A stretch of 64,000 nt of DNA, taken from assembly GCA_002633005.1 (NCBI GenBank), contig NMRA01000113.1:207683-271682 (forward strand). Reading direction: 5' to 3'. Below, in pieces: positions 13,251-26,917 of this stretch; within the stretch, counting starts at the first letter, position 1; each line of letters starts with the position of its first letter. A program made the translations under genes and the position numbers. The notes under the pieces were generated by a model that was not told the origin of the DNA, searched no databases, and saw nothing but the letters and a program-made list of their open reading frames with translations. This stretch comes from Phoronis australis (lineage: Eukaryota; Animalia; Phoronida).

Positions 13251-13877
13251 GAGTCTTATTGACCTGCAATTATGCTGCTATCAAATGACCGAGCCAGCAA
13301 TGTTTGATACTACGACCGCTCATCGAAATAATGTACACCCACGAAATTGGGACACTAGCCGAAACCCAAATTTGGAAGTCCGCCAAATTCGGACACCACA
13401 GAAATGATGTTTCGCGAGATTCGTCCCAGAATGAATTTTTTCTATTGGAATTAATTTTCAGTGTCCGAAAATCACGCGACTTTACCGTATGGCTGATATT
13501 TCAGTAGTTTTTGCTTGGTAAATCCAAAATGTGACTCAGCTTTCCCACAACAATACACCATAAAGGAAGCATCCAACTTTAAAGGTGAATCTACCAGTAA
13601 TGTACTGAAAAACTTAGAAGTTTAAAATTAGAAAGGACTGAAAACCTGTGATGACAGATTTGACATATACATTAATGAGTCTGATGTTGAATAAACCCCT
13701 GCCTAACAACTGGCATACCAAAGTGCTGTAGCAAAGACTGAATTAAAGCTGCACTATGCCAACATTTAGGTTCCAATGTTGAATTCTTAACCTAAGTTAA
13801 CCGTACTCATCCAGTCTTAAAGGAGAATGCCACCTGATTTAATTAGTCTTTTTTACCGTCTTAATCGGTCTATATCC

Positions 13878-13957
13878 ACATGAACTTTTAGACCGCATTT
13901 GTTCCCATCTTGATAATGACATGAATCCCCTGGTCATCTTTCTAGATCTCTCTAAAN
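13878..13957 (+). pseudogene. LINE reverse transcriptase fragment (L2/Crack/CR1-like)
   Basis: Translates HELLDRICSHLDNDMNPLVIFLDLSK (the IFLDLSKAFD motif); ends at N13958. Confidence 0.7.
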
Positions 13958-13958
13958 G

Positions 13959-14141
13959 TGCCGACCAACATGTGTTGATTGTTTATACGATTCATCTGAA
14001 CTCTCCACTCAGTTTGTAAAAGACACTCTAACTATATTACACAGACCTATTTGTTAGTATTCCAATATTATCATCAACCAATATATTTGCTAGATCAAAT
14101 CGCCGCGTTACTGCCTACATAACAATATTGGCGACGAGGAT
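13959..14141 (+). mobile_element. LTR remnant followed by a tRNA-Ser(GCU)-type primer binding site (PBS)
   Basis: …cataaca (14124) followed by tggcgacgaggat (14129-14141); same PBS type as element B. Confidence 0.5.
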
Positions 14142-14470
14142 AAAGAACTACTTTCATAGTAATGGTTCAACATTTTTACGTGGCTGTACCGAATGGACTT
14201 TGGGATAAGAAAATATCACTTTCTGCGCAAGTAGCGCCGCTTGGGTGAGATTCTCAAGTTACTAAAGTTTCTTATATCGCTTTCCTCTAAAATCGTATAA
14301 TATCATGAGTTTTAATTCAGGGTTACTTTTGAATCTATGCACTACAAAAATTTTTGTTATGTTGAACACTGGGTCATTTCTCTAATTCTTTGGGTTACGG
14401 CCAGTGGCAAGTTAAAAATCCTCTGGGTTTGAAAGCCTTGTTTCTCCACGGCACGTTCCCAGCACAGAAG

Positions 14471-14864
14471 CACGGTTTATCTGCGAAGACTCTACTCTGA
14501 CGGCATGTAGTTGTCCATGTGTCGCGCGCGCGGCTTGTCTTCACAGCGCGTGCATGCACTCTCACCGAATCGTGCAACACCACCCACGTTGACACTCAAC
14601 GTTCTCTCGCAAGACAACTGACCTCATATTACCGACTTCTCTTATACATGCACAATTTCTGCACGGACACGGTTTATCTGCGAAGACTCTACTCTGACGG
14701 CATGTAGTTGTCCATGTGTCGCGCGCGCGGCTTGTCTTCACAGCGCGTGCATGCACTCTCACCGAATCGTGCAACACCACCCACGTCGACACTCAGTGTC
14801 CTCTCGCAAGACAACTGACCTCATATTACCGACTTCTCTGATACGTGCACAATTTCTGCACGGA
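14471..14864. repeat. 197-bp tandem duplication (GC/CpG-rich)
   Basis: cacggtttatctgcgaag…ctgcacgga at 14471 and 14668, with a few substitutions. Confidence 0.9.
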
Positions 14865-15324
14865 CTCCTCAAGCTGAGTGCAGTGATGGCTTCGGTAGGG
14901 CTTGGCGTACTCAACTTAAATTTTTTTGCAGATAGACAAACAGGCTCAGGCTCGGAACAGGAGCTACTTCACCATTTCAGTAATAACTTTCACATGGTCA
15001 AAAATAGAATTGTTTTATTCTTGGTCTTGCTACAACACCACTATCAGCTGGTACATCACTTTCGGTTGCCCGGTTACGCAATGCTTGTTGACAGGGTTAG
15101 ATTAGAGCTAGTGGCCTTGTATATAAGCTCCGCCCCAGTTGTCAATCACTGAGCTGGTGAGCACTCAAGCCATATGACTTACTGAGGCTTGGTCAAATAT
15201 AGCTAAAAAAACAACTTTGGATTTTCAGAATGATTTTATTTTTCTTCAGTATACTGTGCATCAAGAATTAAAGATTAGGATGATATGAAAATGTAAAAAA
15301 GTCAAAATTAATTTTTTTGTGTAT

Positions 15325-16021
15325 CCACCTACCTTAATATGTAATTCACTTGTCCTCCCACGTTTAAACAATGGCATTGCATCGTGGGGTTTTGGCAACA
15401 CAGCCCACTGAGAATCCTTCGGAATATATCAAATTCCAGCTATAATGCTCACGCTCTGCCCATATTTAAGGAAACTCGTCTCCCTCTACTTCAAGACATC
15501 TTTAAAATCTCAACTGCAAAACATTACTACAAATTCCTCAATAACCAGCTTCCTAAGTATTTTTACACTAACAACTTCTTTAGTAAACCTATCCAATATA
15601 AACCAACCAGACACATTAAAACTCCTACATACCTGAATCAATACTCAGCTGCTATTTCGACAATACAACCCAAAATCTTAATACCTCCGTCCAACAAATT
15701 GTCATCAAGAGCCTAAGAGCCTGTATTAGATTTTAAATTCCTCGACTTATAAACAACAACGAAATACCAGTCTCTGATCTAAATTTAATAAAAGCACATT
15801 CTTTGAAAGCATTCTCCAAGCTCTTAACCAATTTTATTATTAGCAACTACGATCCAGTTTGTCATATTTCCAATTGCTTCATATGTAACACTATCTAATT
15901 CTATTCCCAAAATCTCCTGAGCTGTGCCAGTCCAAACTACGATCCAGTTTGTCATATTTCCAATTGCTTCATATGTAACAGTATCTAATTGTATTCTGAA
16001 AATCTCCTGAAATGTGCCAGT
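15325..16021 (+). pseudogene. 3' end of an L2/Crack-like LINE ORF2, decayed
   Basis: NSLVLPRLNNGIASWG, then SYNAHALPIFKETRLPLLQDIFK…YYKFLNNQLPKYF and terminal YDPVCHISNCFICN; last 90 bp tandemly duplicated (15845/15935). Confidence 0.7.
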
Positions 16022-16331
16022 TTACTTCTTGGTTCCTGGCGTGTCGGTCGTTTTCAGCACTAATTCACTGTTTTCTTAAGTATTCCTACTGATTTTTGCA
16101 TTTCCATTTGTTTATTTTGTACAGGGGACCTTCTTATTAGCGGTCAATAACCTTTAGAAGGCCTCCTAATTGAAATCAAATTTTAATCAATGTATTATTA
16201 TAATGTAATGTAAATAAAAGCGTGTTCTCTATTTCTCTCTCGCCTCTTATACGATTGACCTCACCTTGCCAAGTGGTGACGCGTTAACCTGTGAGGAAGG
16301 TGAGAAACGCCGCAGCCACGCTATATTGTGA

Positions 16332-16577
16332 TGCATCATTCCCGCTTGTCCGAACTATGAAGCTGCGAAGAAAGCAGGTATGTCGTTTTTTCGATTTCCT
16401 CGAGAGCCCGAAATGCTTAGGAAGTGGCTCGCAGTAGTGAAGAATGAAAGATAGGCTGTTAATAGCAAGTAAGAGGCCGTGAAACTTCTCCATGTCTGTG
16501 GCCGGCATTTCGTTGACAGTGATTTCTCTGACGAATTCCGGCTTACCAAAGAAATATCCATATGTTCCGTTGCCTGA
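16332..16577 (+). pseudogene. THAP zinc-finger domain remnant (DNA-transposon-derived)
   Basis: CIIPACPN…SFFRFPREPEMLRKWL…VCGRHFVDSDF gives the C2CH THAP signature with conserved FP, W and HF; two in-frame stops. Confidence 0.75.
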
Positions 16578-18579
16578 GCATGTTCACGGCGCCTCTCTAG
16601 TATTTCTTGATCAGTGTACTACGGTTCAAACTGATAGACTGTGAAACCTAACAATCCGACCCGTGAAGTCTTTGTCGCCTGAGCACTAGTCGGGATTGGC
16701 GTGGGGCAAGTTGCCATTTATTAGTAGACGTTTATTATTCTTCGTTCTGTTTCAAAATGAATTATTCTCATCCTAACCAATGCTTATATGAAACTGATAC
16801 AAAGTTTGTCTAATTAGATACAATTTGTAATGCCTTGGAGTGCTCGTGAGTGCAAATGTTTTGAGAAGCCAGCAATGAATAAACCACTGCGTTACCGGCT
16901 TTTGATGCCGGCAACAAAGGTAATTGACCGGGCACCGAGGCCGTGTGAGCGCATGCTAATTCAGTGTTTGCTGACCGTAGCTGTTGTGAAACAGTTACTC
17001 GATTATGCTATGGTCACATGTTAGGGGAATCTTAATTTAGAAATACAAATCAGTGGCGGATTTAGAGGGAAAGACTCCCAGATTACATTAGGCAGTTTGG
17101 GGGTGCGAATGTCTGACGGGCAAAATCCTGGCTATTACCCTGCCCTGGCCCCCTCCCCAACTCAAAATCCTGGATCAGCTCCTGCAAATTCAAATCATTG
17201 TTACTGTACAACCTTTGCCCTGACAGTCTGTGCAAGGGGAACACGACATCGCGGCCCCCGACAAGTAAGATTTTCAGTTTCGTGGCTACATAAATAATTA
17301 CGTCCACATTATTTCTTTGGCTCACTATTATAGTCTTTTCATGACTGGAGGCTTAGTCTCCAACTCAAGCTGGTTTATATTCGTGTGAATCCCGGCGGTC
17401 GCGACGGGCCTGATCGGGTTCCGAGCTACTGGCCGGGATAAGTGTTTTGTGTGTTTAGAACTCAAATAATCACAAGTATAACAACACAGATTTAAGTTCT
17501 CCCGTCTGTATTTCACGGAAGAATACTTCGAATTTATCTCTAAACAGACCCCAAACTCCTCAGTGCTGCGGACCTTGGTAAATTGGCCTGCCGAACTTTG
17601 TAGGCTATGGTGTATCCATACCAGTAAATCCGTAACAGCGAAATAAAACAACACGTTTTTATAAGAGCTCGGTGTATTTGGGTTTTACATCGAAGTTTGA
17701 TGATTTATTGGTATTAAACGATGAATTCAAGCGATAAGCTGACACCAATAACCCATGTTGTGAACTGCTAAACAGACTGCGTGAGAAGCCAATTACGTTA
17801 TTGAATAATTTCAACCTCCGTTTGCCGTCAGGTGTCAGGTAACGCAACCAAACATGCCGTTTTCGAGTAGAACTACTCGATCTAAATTGGGTGGCATTCT
17901 CCTCTAATTGCCAAATGAGCCAGCAACTCAAATCGTCAAGCAACACAGAAATGTGCATCACAAGAAATTCGTGACCTAGGCCATCTGCAAGGTGGCGATC
18001 GTCGTGTGAGTGTTTGCCAACCACAATCTGCGTCAGAGATCAGTTCCCTTGTTAGCGTTTCACACAACCTAATGTACAAAGGAGGTAGACGGTCGACAAG
18101 AATTAAAATTAACTTAAAAGTTTGGTGGAATCTGATATTGATATCACAGAATCTAAACTACCGAAGCACGTTGAGACTGTGGGCGAGGAATTTTGGCAAG
18201 TTGAACGTGTCATAGCTCGACGAAAATCAAAAACAGTGAGTATTAACATACCATAACAAGTGAAGTGGCACAGCTCAGCTGACTCAGATCCACCGAGTTG
18301 TTGCTGCACACAATTAATAATTTACTGTTGATTAATTATTAACTATTTTATAGTTGCAATGGTCTGTGAATTGTGTTTTGATATAGTCTTATTATGTCTG
18401 TTTCACTTTCCCAGTTAGAATTCATGCAGGCGGGTATGTACTACTCTAAACTTGCCTCAGCTGTCTCACGTACCTCAGTCCTCAGGCTTAAAGCCTAACT
18501 TCAACAGAATTTTGTTATTTTAAATGTCCAGATAGTCCTAGCAAAGCCATAGCAAAATAAGAAAACGCGAGTTCAATCA

Positions 18580-19219
18580 CGCAAATGTTTTTTTGCCATA
18601 TTGCGTCACCACGAGATCCCAGCACAAACAACAAAAGGCCGATAACAGTTGTATTGAATAGGGATCTGAACAGAACACCATTGCTTGTGGGTGTTATTCC
18701 CAGCTATTTAAATTAAAAGGTGTAACCCATGGTGACATAGACAAAAGCAAGCCAATATGCCTAACAGCTCCTGACATTTGGCATTATGACACTTAAGTGG
18801 GCTCAGAGCAATGCTCTTAACATACTGTAAAAAACAAATGTTGAGTGTCTTTAGGTCAACATTATGGCATTATGCTGCAATATAACCTAATTTCTGACAN
18901 GCAAATGTTTTATTGCCATATTGCGTCACCACGAGATCCCAGCACAAACAACAAAAGGCCGATAGCAGTTGTATTGAATAGGGATCTGAACAGAACACCA
19001 TTGCTTGTGGGTGTTATTCCCAGCTATTTAAATTAAAAGGTGTAACCCATGGTGACATAGACAAAAGCAAGCCAATATGCCTAACAGCTCCTGACATTTG
19101 GCATTATGACACTTAAGTGGGCTCAGAGCAATGCTCTTAACATACTGTAAAAAACAAATGTTGAGTGTCTTTAGGTCAACATTATGGCATTATGCTGCAA
19201 TATAACCTAATTTCTGACA
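18580..19219. other. ~320-bp near-identical duplication across an N (probable assembly artefact)
   Basis: gcaaatgtttt…tttctgaca occurs on both sides of N18900 with only a few differences. Confidence 0.8.
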
Positions 19220-20527
19220 CAATGCACACTTTAGTCTAAAAATTTAGAGAGTCTGTTACTGTGTTGTTGATACATTGCTTTTAGCTTTGGGTTGGCTGGA
19301 CTTTTGCCTATAATTCGCCAGAGAGTTGGGAAACAGAGTGTCTTTAACACCAGACCTCGCCACTCTGTACACCAAGCTATTGTTCCCCTTTGAAAGCCAA
19401 GAGGAGGTTAAAAAGAGCACTTCTTGCAGTATTGCAGTGACCATTGGTAGATGATTACAATCTTAGTTAGGGTAGTCAGTATTATCCTAACACTGTATTC
19501 ACTGCAGGCAGGGGTCGACATTATTAAGCGTGTACATGCTCGAAAATACAATTAAAAAAAGTTTATTACCAGTAGGAAATTGACCTCACTCCTGTTATTT
19601 GAACAGGTATGGAGTGGACGTTCAGTATTTTTAGGTCATCGCTTTTTGGGAGTTCTAATCCAGAAATACGAGTGCAAAATATATTTTTGAGCAGGCATTT
19701 TCGCCTATGTCGAGGGCTGGCATAAATGTATTGGCTTTATTTTTTAGATTTTTGAAGTGCATCACCGGGCAAAAGTTACAGTTGTATGGAAGTAGGGCCG
19801 GTATACTTTTACACTGGACTTTATTTTGTTACTTATTAAACTCTTACGATTATTTTCATGTGTTGAAATTCAGTTATTGTATGCTGTTGTTTTTTAGAAA
19901 CGTTTATCATATGCAAACATTCAATTATGAAATGTAAACAAAAAGGTGCCTCATGATAGAAATTTGTAACATTTGCATTTTTGTTTTTTGTATTCATTTA
20001 TGAATTTCATTTCATGTTAAGTGATGTTGCTTTTTCACAAAAATCTCCTATTGCCTGCAAACATGTCGTATGAAGTGGCTGAATAAACTTCCATTCTAGT
20101 TATTTACAATTTAAATCTGAACTTTAGCAGTTCTTTAAACCAGCATCATTGCCATTTTGTATGTTTATCATTACATAAAATGAAGTTTTGGACAATAAAT
20201 TACTTTAAATAAATTAATTTTTTGCTAGCTACTATGAACCTGTTTCAGTTGTTGGAAAGTTCATTCCATATTAGTTACTTGTACATTCACTAGCACAGTC
20301 TGTTTTGAAATGAAACGGTGCGCTGCCTAGGTGAATTTAGGGGGGTCCGACAGCGTCCAGGCCACCCTTCCGCATATGATAAATAATGGCACTGACATGC
20401 ATATCATTTTCAGTTGCTGGAATCCTTAGCTAATTGTGATACCTACTGCTAATTCAGGAATCATAAAAGTTCGTTCCATATTATTTTCCCGTACATTCAC
20501 CAGCACAATCTGTTTTGAAACCAAATG

Positions 20528-20677
20528 CACGGGCGGATCCAGGATTTTTTAAAAGGGGGTTGGAACAAGGATTTTTTAAACAAGGAGGTCCAAGTTAACA
20601 ATTTGAAAATTCTAAATTTGATATCACTAAAATCAAGGGAAAAACAGGGTGGGTGACCCCACCTGAATCCGCATATG
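20528..20677. mobile_element. Short MITE of the CA(G/C)nGGCGGAT…ATCCGCC family, inside a local duplication
   Basis: cacgggcggatccagg … cctgaatccgcatatg; flanks resemble 20260-20400. Confidence 0.5.
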
Positions 20678-23600
20678 AAGCGGTACGCTGCATTGGTGGA
20701 TTTAGGGGGGTCTGAGGGGGCCCAGAGCTGCCCCCCAAACATGATAAAAAACAGTGCCGACATATCATAGAATGAAATTTTAACACACCAATCTAGTTTA
20801 AACCTACAAACACATTTTAATCAACACTCTATGTTCGACCAATACTTTACATATATATATCAAATTTACTCCAACAAAGAATGAACTGACATGCATCATT
20901 ACAGAAATCAATAACAGTCAACTCAAGTGACTTTCCATGTCTGTACAACTGAGATTAACAAAAGGGTTAACAAAAGAAAACTAAGACAATTTGTTTAAAT
21001 GACCTTGACAGCAGGAGTAAGAGTTAATGATTACTTGTAGCAGTAAATTAGAGTTGCATTAAGAAGCTTATGAACACATTCTGTGAGGCCTTCAGTAGAC
21101 TGGGGAGGGTATCAAGACAAGAGAATAGCCTCCCATAAACAAGACCTGGTTCTAGAAAATTTTATGATTTTCATTATATTTTATGTATTCTAGACGTCTC
21201 CTCGAGAAGGTTCAATTGGCTCGAGTCCGGTATTTTTCATAGGATGTCTTCCTTTTCAGGTCTTACACCAAGCACAAGTTGAGAAATTTCTGACAACAGG
21301 TCCATTTCATGAAAAGATGAATATTCGTCTTCTAGTAAATGGTGAATGGCACATTTTCTAGAATGACATTTCTTCAAAGCATTTTTAAAGAGTCAGGGCT
21401 GCATTTACTCCAATTGTTGCATTCCTTCAATATGTCTCAGGCCAGAGTACAACTCAACAGTTGTGGAATATGTCATAATGCTCATCAGCTGAAAGACAAC
21501 CAACGCAATAGCAAGTCTTACAGCACTTTGCTTTATTTCCTGATACTTTGGTTATGTAGGATCTTATCGACTTGTCCATGAATTTAGCCAAATATACAAA
21601 ACTGTAGATTTTAACAGTATAAAAGTAAATATTTTCTGAAAGTAGAATGCCTGCATAATTTGATTTTTTACTTAATATTATAATAATATCAATCTGATAT
21701 TAATTGGATTACATGACCACGTCTGTTTGATGAAATTAAGCAAAAAGGAAAGCAACATCGATGGCAAAACGATATCAATAACATTTTACTAAATCATCAT
21801 TTCGTTTTCATTTGACGTCACTTATGAGTTACTAAAAAGTTCTATTTTTGATGGCTCCTAATGCAAATGTGGAAATTTTTAAAAACAATCCTTAAAAGGG
21901 TTTTGGAGGCCAGTGCATAATGTACACCATCTGAAAGTACGATCAGACATTTCTGAGGTATGATGATCGAAATTTTGCTATAACCTTAAAAAGTCAACAA
22001 AAAGTTCATTTTATTGTTCATATCTAATTACGACTTGAAATATGTTCTGTGTAATAAGTAATGCAATTTACAAGCAAAACAACTGCTGCCAAAGTATTTT
22101 GGATAAATATGTCCTTGATGTGCATAAATCCTTTGAGAAAGTCCCTGGGGATGTTTGCAAAATAATGAGTAGAGGCTGCCATTTACCAACTTCAGATGAT
22201 ATCAGGCACTACAAGGCAAACATTCCCACCCAAGACAATACCCAGTAGAGCAAAATACTCATTCAAGTTGACCACACGTACCAAACAGCTACTCCTATGG
22301 AACCCCCCCCCCATGGAAAATACAGTTTTGATTTTGTCTTTGATGAATGTTCAAGCAGAGTGACGGAAAAATGGTAACAACGGCTGTGATAAGCGTTGTT
22401 TGTATCTACTCCAGCCTAGGATGCTCTAAAATGACCCAGTCGTTGTTAAAGAAAGATAACAAAAAGTTGGAAAAACTAAACGTTAAGAATTTTGAATAAA
22501 AAGTAAGGACAGACCAAATACAGGAAAAAGTAGGAAAATAGGAAACCATAGAAAAAGTAAGAACACTTGAAAGACTATTTTCTATAGATCCCAAAAATTA
22601 AGAGCTTCCCAACTCCAAATCCCCCACAAACCAGAATCAGCTAAGACACATATTTTCCTCTTTAGGGCATTTACTGCAAAATTTGAGCAAAACTTGAGAC
22701 TAACAGTTGGTTCTGAAAACTGTCATCCTGAAATGCAGTTTGGATCCTCAAATCCTGCATTGGGACAGAGTGGCAATCATCTCTCAGAAGTCAGAATCAG
22801 CTACAGCTGCAAGTTGCCAATGCAACATCAGATTGTGTTTGGCGACCTGGGAAAAGTTCCAAGTCGCCACAAAGCCGCCAGTACGAGTTTCAAAGTTAGA
22901 CAAAAATTCCCTCTAAATTTGTTTCAAAGTTCTTGTTGACTTCCAAACTTTAAATAGGGCCGTCCCGGATTACACAGCAACACTCGAATCTCGCTGTATT
23001 TACCCACAATGCTCTCAGCATCCATTAGGCATATTTGCTGCCTCATTTTCATGCCACTGGAGTTTCACATGTTATTCATTGTTGTCCGATTCTTTACATG
23101 TTTTTCTCCGTTGCACTGCTCTATTCGACCCTCCAATTCCAACGAAGTATTACTGCTGTGTTGCGGGCCGCAACTCCGATGTGAGTTTGATAAACTTGGC
23201 AAATACCCGTGGATGCATGATCTGAAATTCTTCGCCTTCTCGACATCACAAAAATGTGCCTGATTTCCAAAACGAGGTCCGATGACCTTGATTGTCATAC
23301 TACCCAATGTCCATTAGCAACTGCTCATGTGATGTCATGGACATATATCAGCCTTCAAAAATATACGTGTATTGACAATCTTAATCCTTGTTTGTCTCCG
23401 TAAGCAGAGTTTTGAAACGGTCGCTGATATCGCCGTCCTAAAGTCGTGACCGTTTCGTTTAGACGGAAATGCATGAAGTAAGACCACACAAGTCAACCGT
23501 GACTACAGTGCTTACAATTACTCTAGACGACATAAAATGCATTGCATTGTTTATTGATTCAGTTTCAATTCAAATAAATTGTTATATGTTTTGCACCCAA

Positions 23601-26600
23601 CTTTCATGCGCACAGACGTTTTCAATGAGGTTCACGTAAAACGCTAAGAACCCAGCATCAATTATCTCTCTGCATGTATTTTATTGCTTTGGCCTACAAA
23701 ACTTGATCGACCCTTGCACATTTTGATACATTGTTCAAGCTACCCTTGAAGCGCGTGTTGGAGTAAATTTGAACGATGAATATTTTCGAAAATATATCCC
23801 AAAAATGCACAAAAAGTGGATTAGTGAAATGTGCTGTTTAAAAAGAAGCCACTCACTCACTGTTTGTTATCATATTGTGAATACCAACACGTGCGGGTAT
23901 TCGTTTGACATTCATAAGCAGACGAACGCTGGAAACTTCAACGGCAGATGTCGCGGGACCGCGCAGAAGAGGAAATAAGATCGTTCACGACTAGAGTTTA
24001 GGGCACTCACGACTTGATCTCAAATTTCAAACATGGCCTGTACATGTTCTGGTTAGAGTTGAGTCACTTATCTGCATTTGGGGAGCCAATTCAAAGTTGA
24101 AATAAAACAAGTTGGGCAATCACACCTACAGCTGCAGTTACAGCTGTCATTTGACTTACTGTTTCCAGGTAACCTTACGGCTTACACAGGTTACACACAC
24201 ACGTGTGTTAAACTACTACAGTTATTCGAACACTTTAAAAAAAAAAGACTGTAGAATTTAAGTCAATGAAGTAAGTTCAAATAACATATACCGTATTCAA
24301 GTATTTTTAACGATAAAAACCCAACGCAGTCGCGCCAACCTCCTAAAACCCAGTAGAGGGAATTACTTACCCACTGTTTTAAACTGTTTACCTCTTCACT
24401 GTGACTACCCGTCTTATCTGACAGCTGTACAATATGTAGCCACGGTATACTTTTGAGGTCAGCAATGCTTTTTAAAATGAATGAAATGAAAAATATCGAA
24501 AAAATAAACACAAATAAAATTATAAAAGCAAAAGGGTTGAAATATCATCAAATTTGGACATAAAATTTACAATTTCATTGTATAAAACCTGGTCTCAGAT
24601 ATATGTTTCTAGCACCCTGACATCTAGTGTTCTTTGTTGAAATTATGGCGCGGCAATATTGAAATCGGTATTGAAAACTGGGCCCCGGGTTTTCAGTCAG
24701 CCAATACTTGTCAGCTAAAGAACTCCTATGTGTGTTGTGACAATGGTTTAGGGAGGTTGATGTTTTCTTGAAATTCAGTTAAAAAGGTAATGCAGTACAA
24801 CTTCTTCCGAAGATACAGTGTGGAAATAGTTGTTTACAGACAGGTTACGTCCAGTTGACAGTGAGTGAGTCAATGAGTGAATGACGTAGTCTGTACCAGG
24901 CCAGGAGACCGATTGAAATTGAGCCTATAAATTGGTCAGTGTCGTTCTTAATAATAGAAATAAGCTAGACAGTGCTGGATATAATCATGGTGCGATATTA
25001 GTTCTACTGAATGCCTCGAGAAGACATTGATTACTGGCACAGAATAGAGGGTTCTGTTCGACATAAGATAGCCACACGCCCACAACAGGCCTCATAACGT
25101 ACACTGGATGGGTTTTCAGCACATTACACCTTATCCTGGCTAAGTAATCATATTAGTGGTGTTATTAGTTAGAACCTGTGGTTAAAATATCCACCTGTAC
25201 TCAGCTGATGTCAAACCTGGCCGGGCTGCCGGTGTACGCCGGAATCGAGCGTCCAAACTGACCTGCATGCTGGCAAGAGCCCTATCTCGTCCTAACCCGC
25301 TCGTTCACGTTGTTCTTATCGTCTGAACCTTGATCCTTTCTTTGTCCCTTACTCCAATTCTGACAACAGTAAATTCTCACTGATTTCAGACACAATTTGG
25401 CAAAGAAGTATTTTTCTACTTTTTCATTAAAGATAACACAAAATATAGGCTGTGTAAGTCTCAATTTATGACTTCCATTTGACAATGTTTTGAAAAACCT
25501 TGGGCATTCACAACCATAATGGTATAGCTTTTGAAAAAGGACAATTTTGGCTATTATTTTTGTCTGAAGTTATGAGATTTTACTGTACCACAGATTGTTC
25601 TATCCTCATATAATTATGCATGTTGTGGAACTAACTTCCCATTGCCACAACCTCCACCCCTTCAAATTTCGTTGCATCGTTTAGGATTGGGGTTCATGAC
25701 TTTTCAAAGTTGCGTAACTTTTATGTTGCATGATACTTAGTCTTAGTCCATTTATTTCCAACTTTTCTTTGTCTTTATGTTTTGTTTTTGTCAAGTTTTG
25801 TTGTTATTCTGTTATTCTTCATATCTTTTATTTATGACCCCTGTCACACATTGCTCTTTCCTACTACTAAGAACTTTACCAGCTCTTGTTTATTTGACAT
25901 CACACACAGCCAGTGTCATCAAATAATTGATGCTAAAGGCTGTCATCTCGATAATGATGATGATAAAGTACTAGTAGGCGATGGCATATCCAAGTCAAAC
26001 CTGTGTGCTAGATTTTTTCCAAATTACCCTTAAGCCTAGCTAAACTACCAAAGTTACAATTACACTATATCTTTCGATAGTAGATAGGCACCTTTGAAGG
26101 CAGTTGGAGTCTTTACATCCTTCCAACTCAAACAAATACTCTTGAGCGCAATCAACATTTTTTGTAGTCCTTCGTTCCGCTAATGAAATTGAAAACTGAA
26201 CGCCATTGCAGTCATTGTGAAATATACAGAGGGATATAGGGCAGTCACTCATCTGCCAGTCACTTTGAGAGGAGGCAGCACAGACTTGGAACCTATAGGC
26301 AACAAGATGCCCCTGTTTTGCGTACAAAATAGTTTTCTAACTTATCCTTTTTCTTTGTGTGTTTTCCAAAACTGAATAATAGTCAAAATACAATTTGATT
26401 TTAAATGACTGCTGTAATAACTCACACATTGATATGCTGTAAGTAAGAATTTTTAGTTTTCTTACATGCCATATGTTGGTAGCATCATGTGACCTACAGT
26501 TAAGTCTGAAAACACATCTTTCTGGACAGAGTTCTTTTCAGACTTGTGTCTAGGTCACGTCTATCACCGTGATGTGACCAACATGTGTCTTGCAAGAAGA

Positions 26601-26722
26601 ATAATAATTATTTCTTACTGTTTTGTTCTCAAACAATTTTCTGCATATGATCTGTTACAAATACTGTTTATTTTAAACACAAGGTGTTGTAGTTGTTGTT
26701 TGACTATTTTCAGCTTTCAACC

Positions 26723-26917
26723 ATGGATAGTCCCAGCCTTGCTACACCAAGGCAGCTAATCAAGAATGTTCTTGCTAGCAAGACTGTCAGCCAAAGTGCC
26801 TTGAAACCCACGAAGAAAGTGAAAACTCCAGCCAGTGTCAATGAGCCTGTTGCTAAACGCACGAGATCCAGCCCAAGAAAGTCGGCGATTGAAAGTGACA
26901 CAACCCCACGGACACTG
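26723..26917 (+). CDS. CENPT: CENP-T coding exon 1
   Basis: Acceptor tttcag at 26713, Kozak-like accATGg; MDSPSLATPRQLIKNVL…DTTPRTL|gtatgg, phase 0. Confidence 0.8.

Larger units (their letters stand above)
8849..13487. mobile_element. 4.6-kb non-autonomous DNA transposon with 25-bp perfect TIRs and TA duplication (Tc1/mariner/pogo-like)
   Basis: TA|cggtaaagtcgcgtgattttcggac (8849-8873) … gtccgaaaatcacgcgactttaccg|TA (13463-13487); subterminal ttcggaca repeats at both ends; no transposase ORF found; secondary MITE-like pieces inside (e.g. 10330-10460). Confidence 0.8.

Noticed and set aside
13743-13840. TTAAAG-starting Kolobok-like termini (also near 76, 8706, 39832)
   Set aside because: No matching partner TIR found in the window
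18580-19219. ~320-bp tandem duplication
   Set aside because: Also centred on a single N; probable assembly artefact
22694-24170. Divergent gene or CENP-T promoter (CCAAT near 24086, donor-like ccag|gtaacc near 24168)
   Set aside because: An upstream non-coding exon is likely because an acceptor precedes the ATG, but its position cannot be fixed from sequence alone; nearby ORFs show no protein signal
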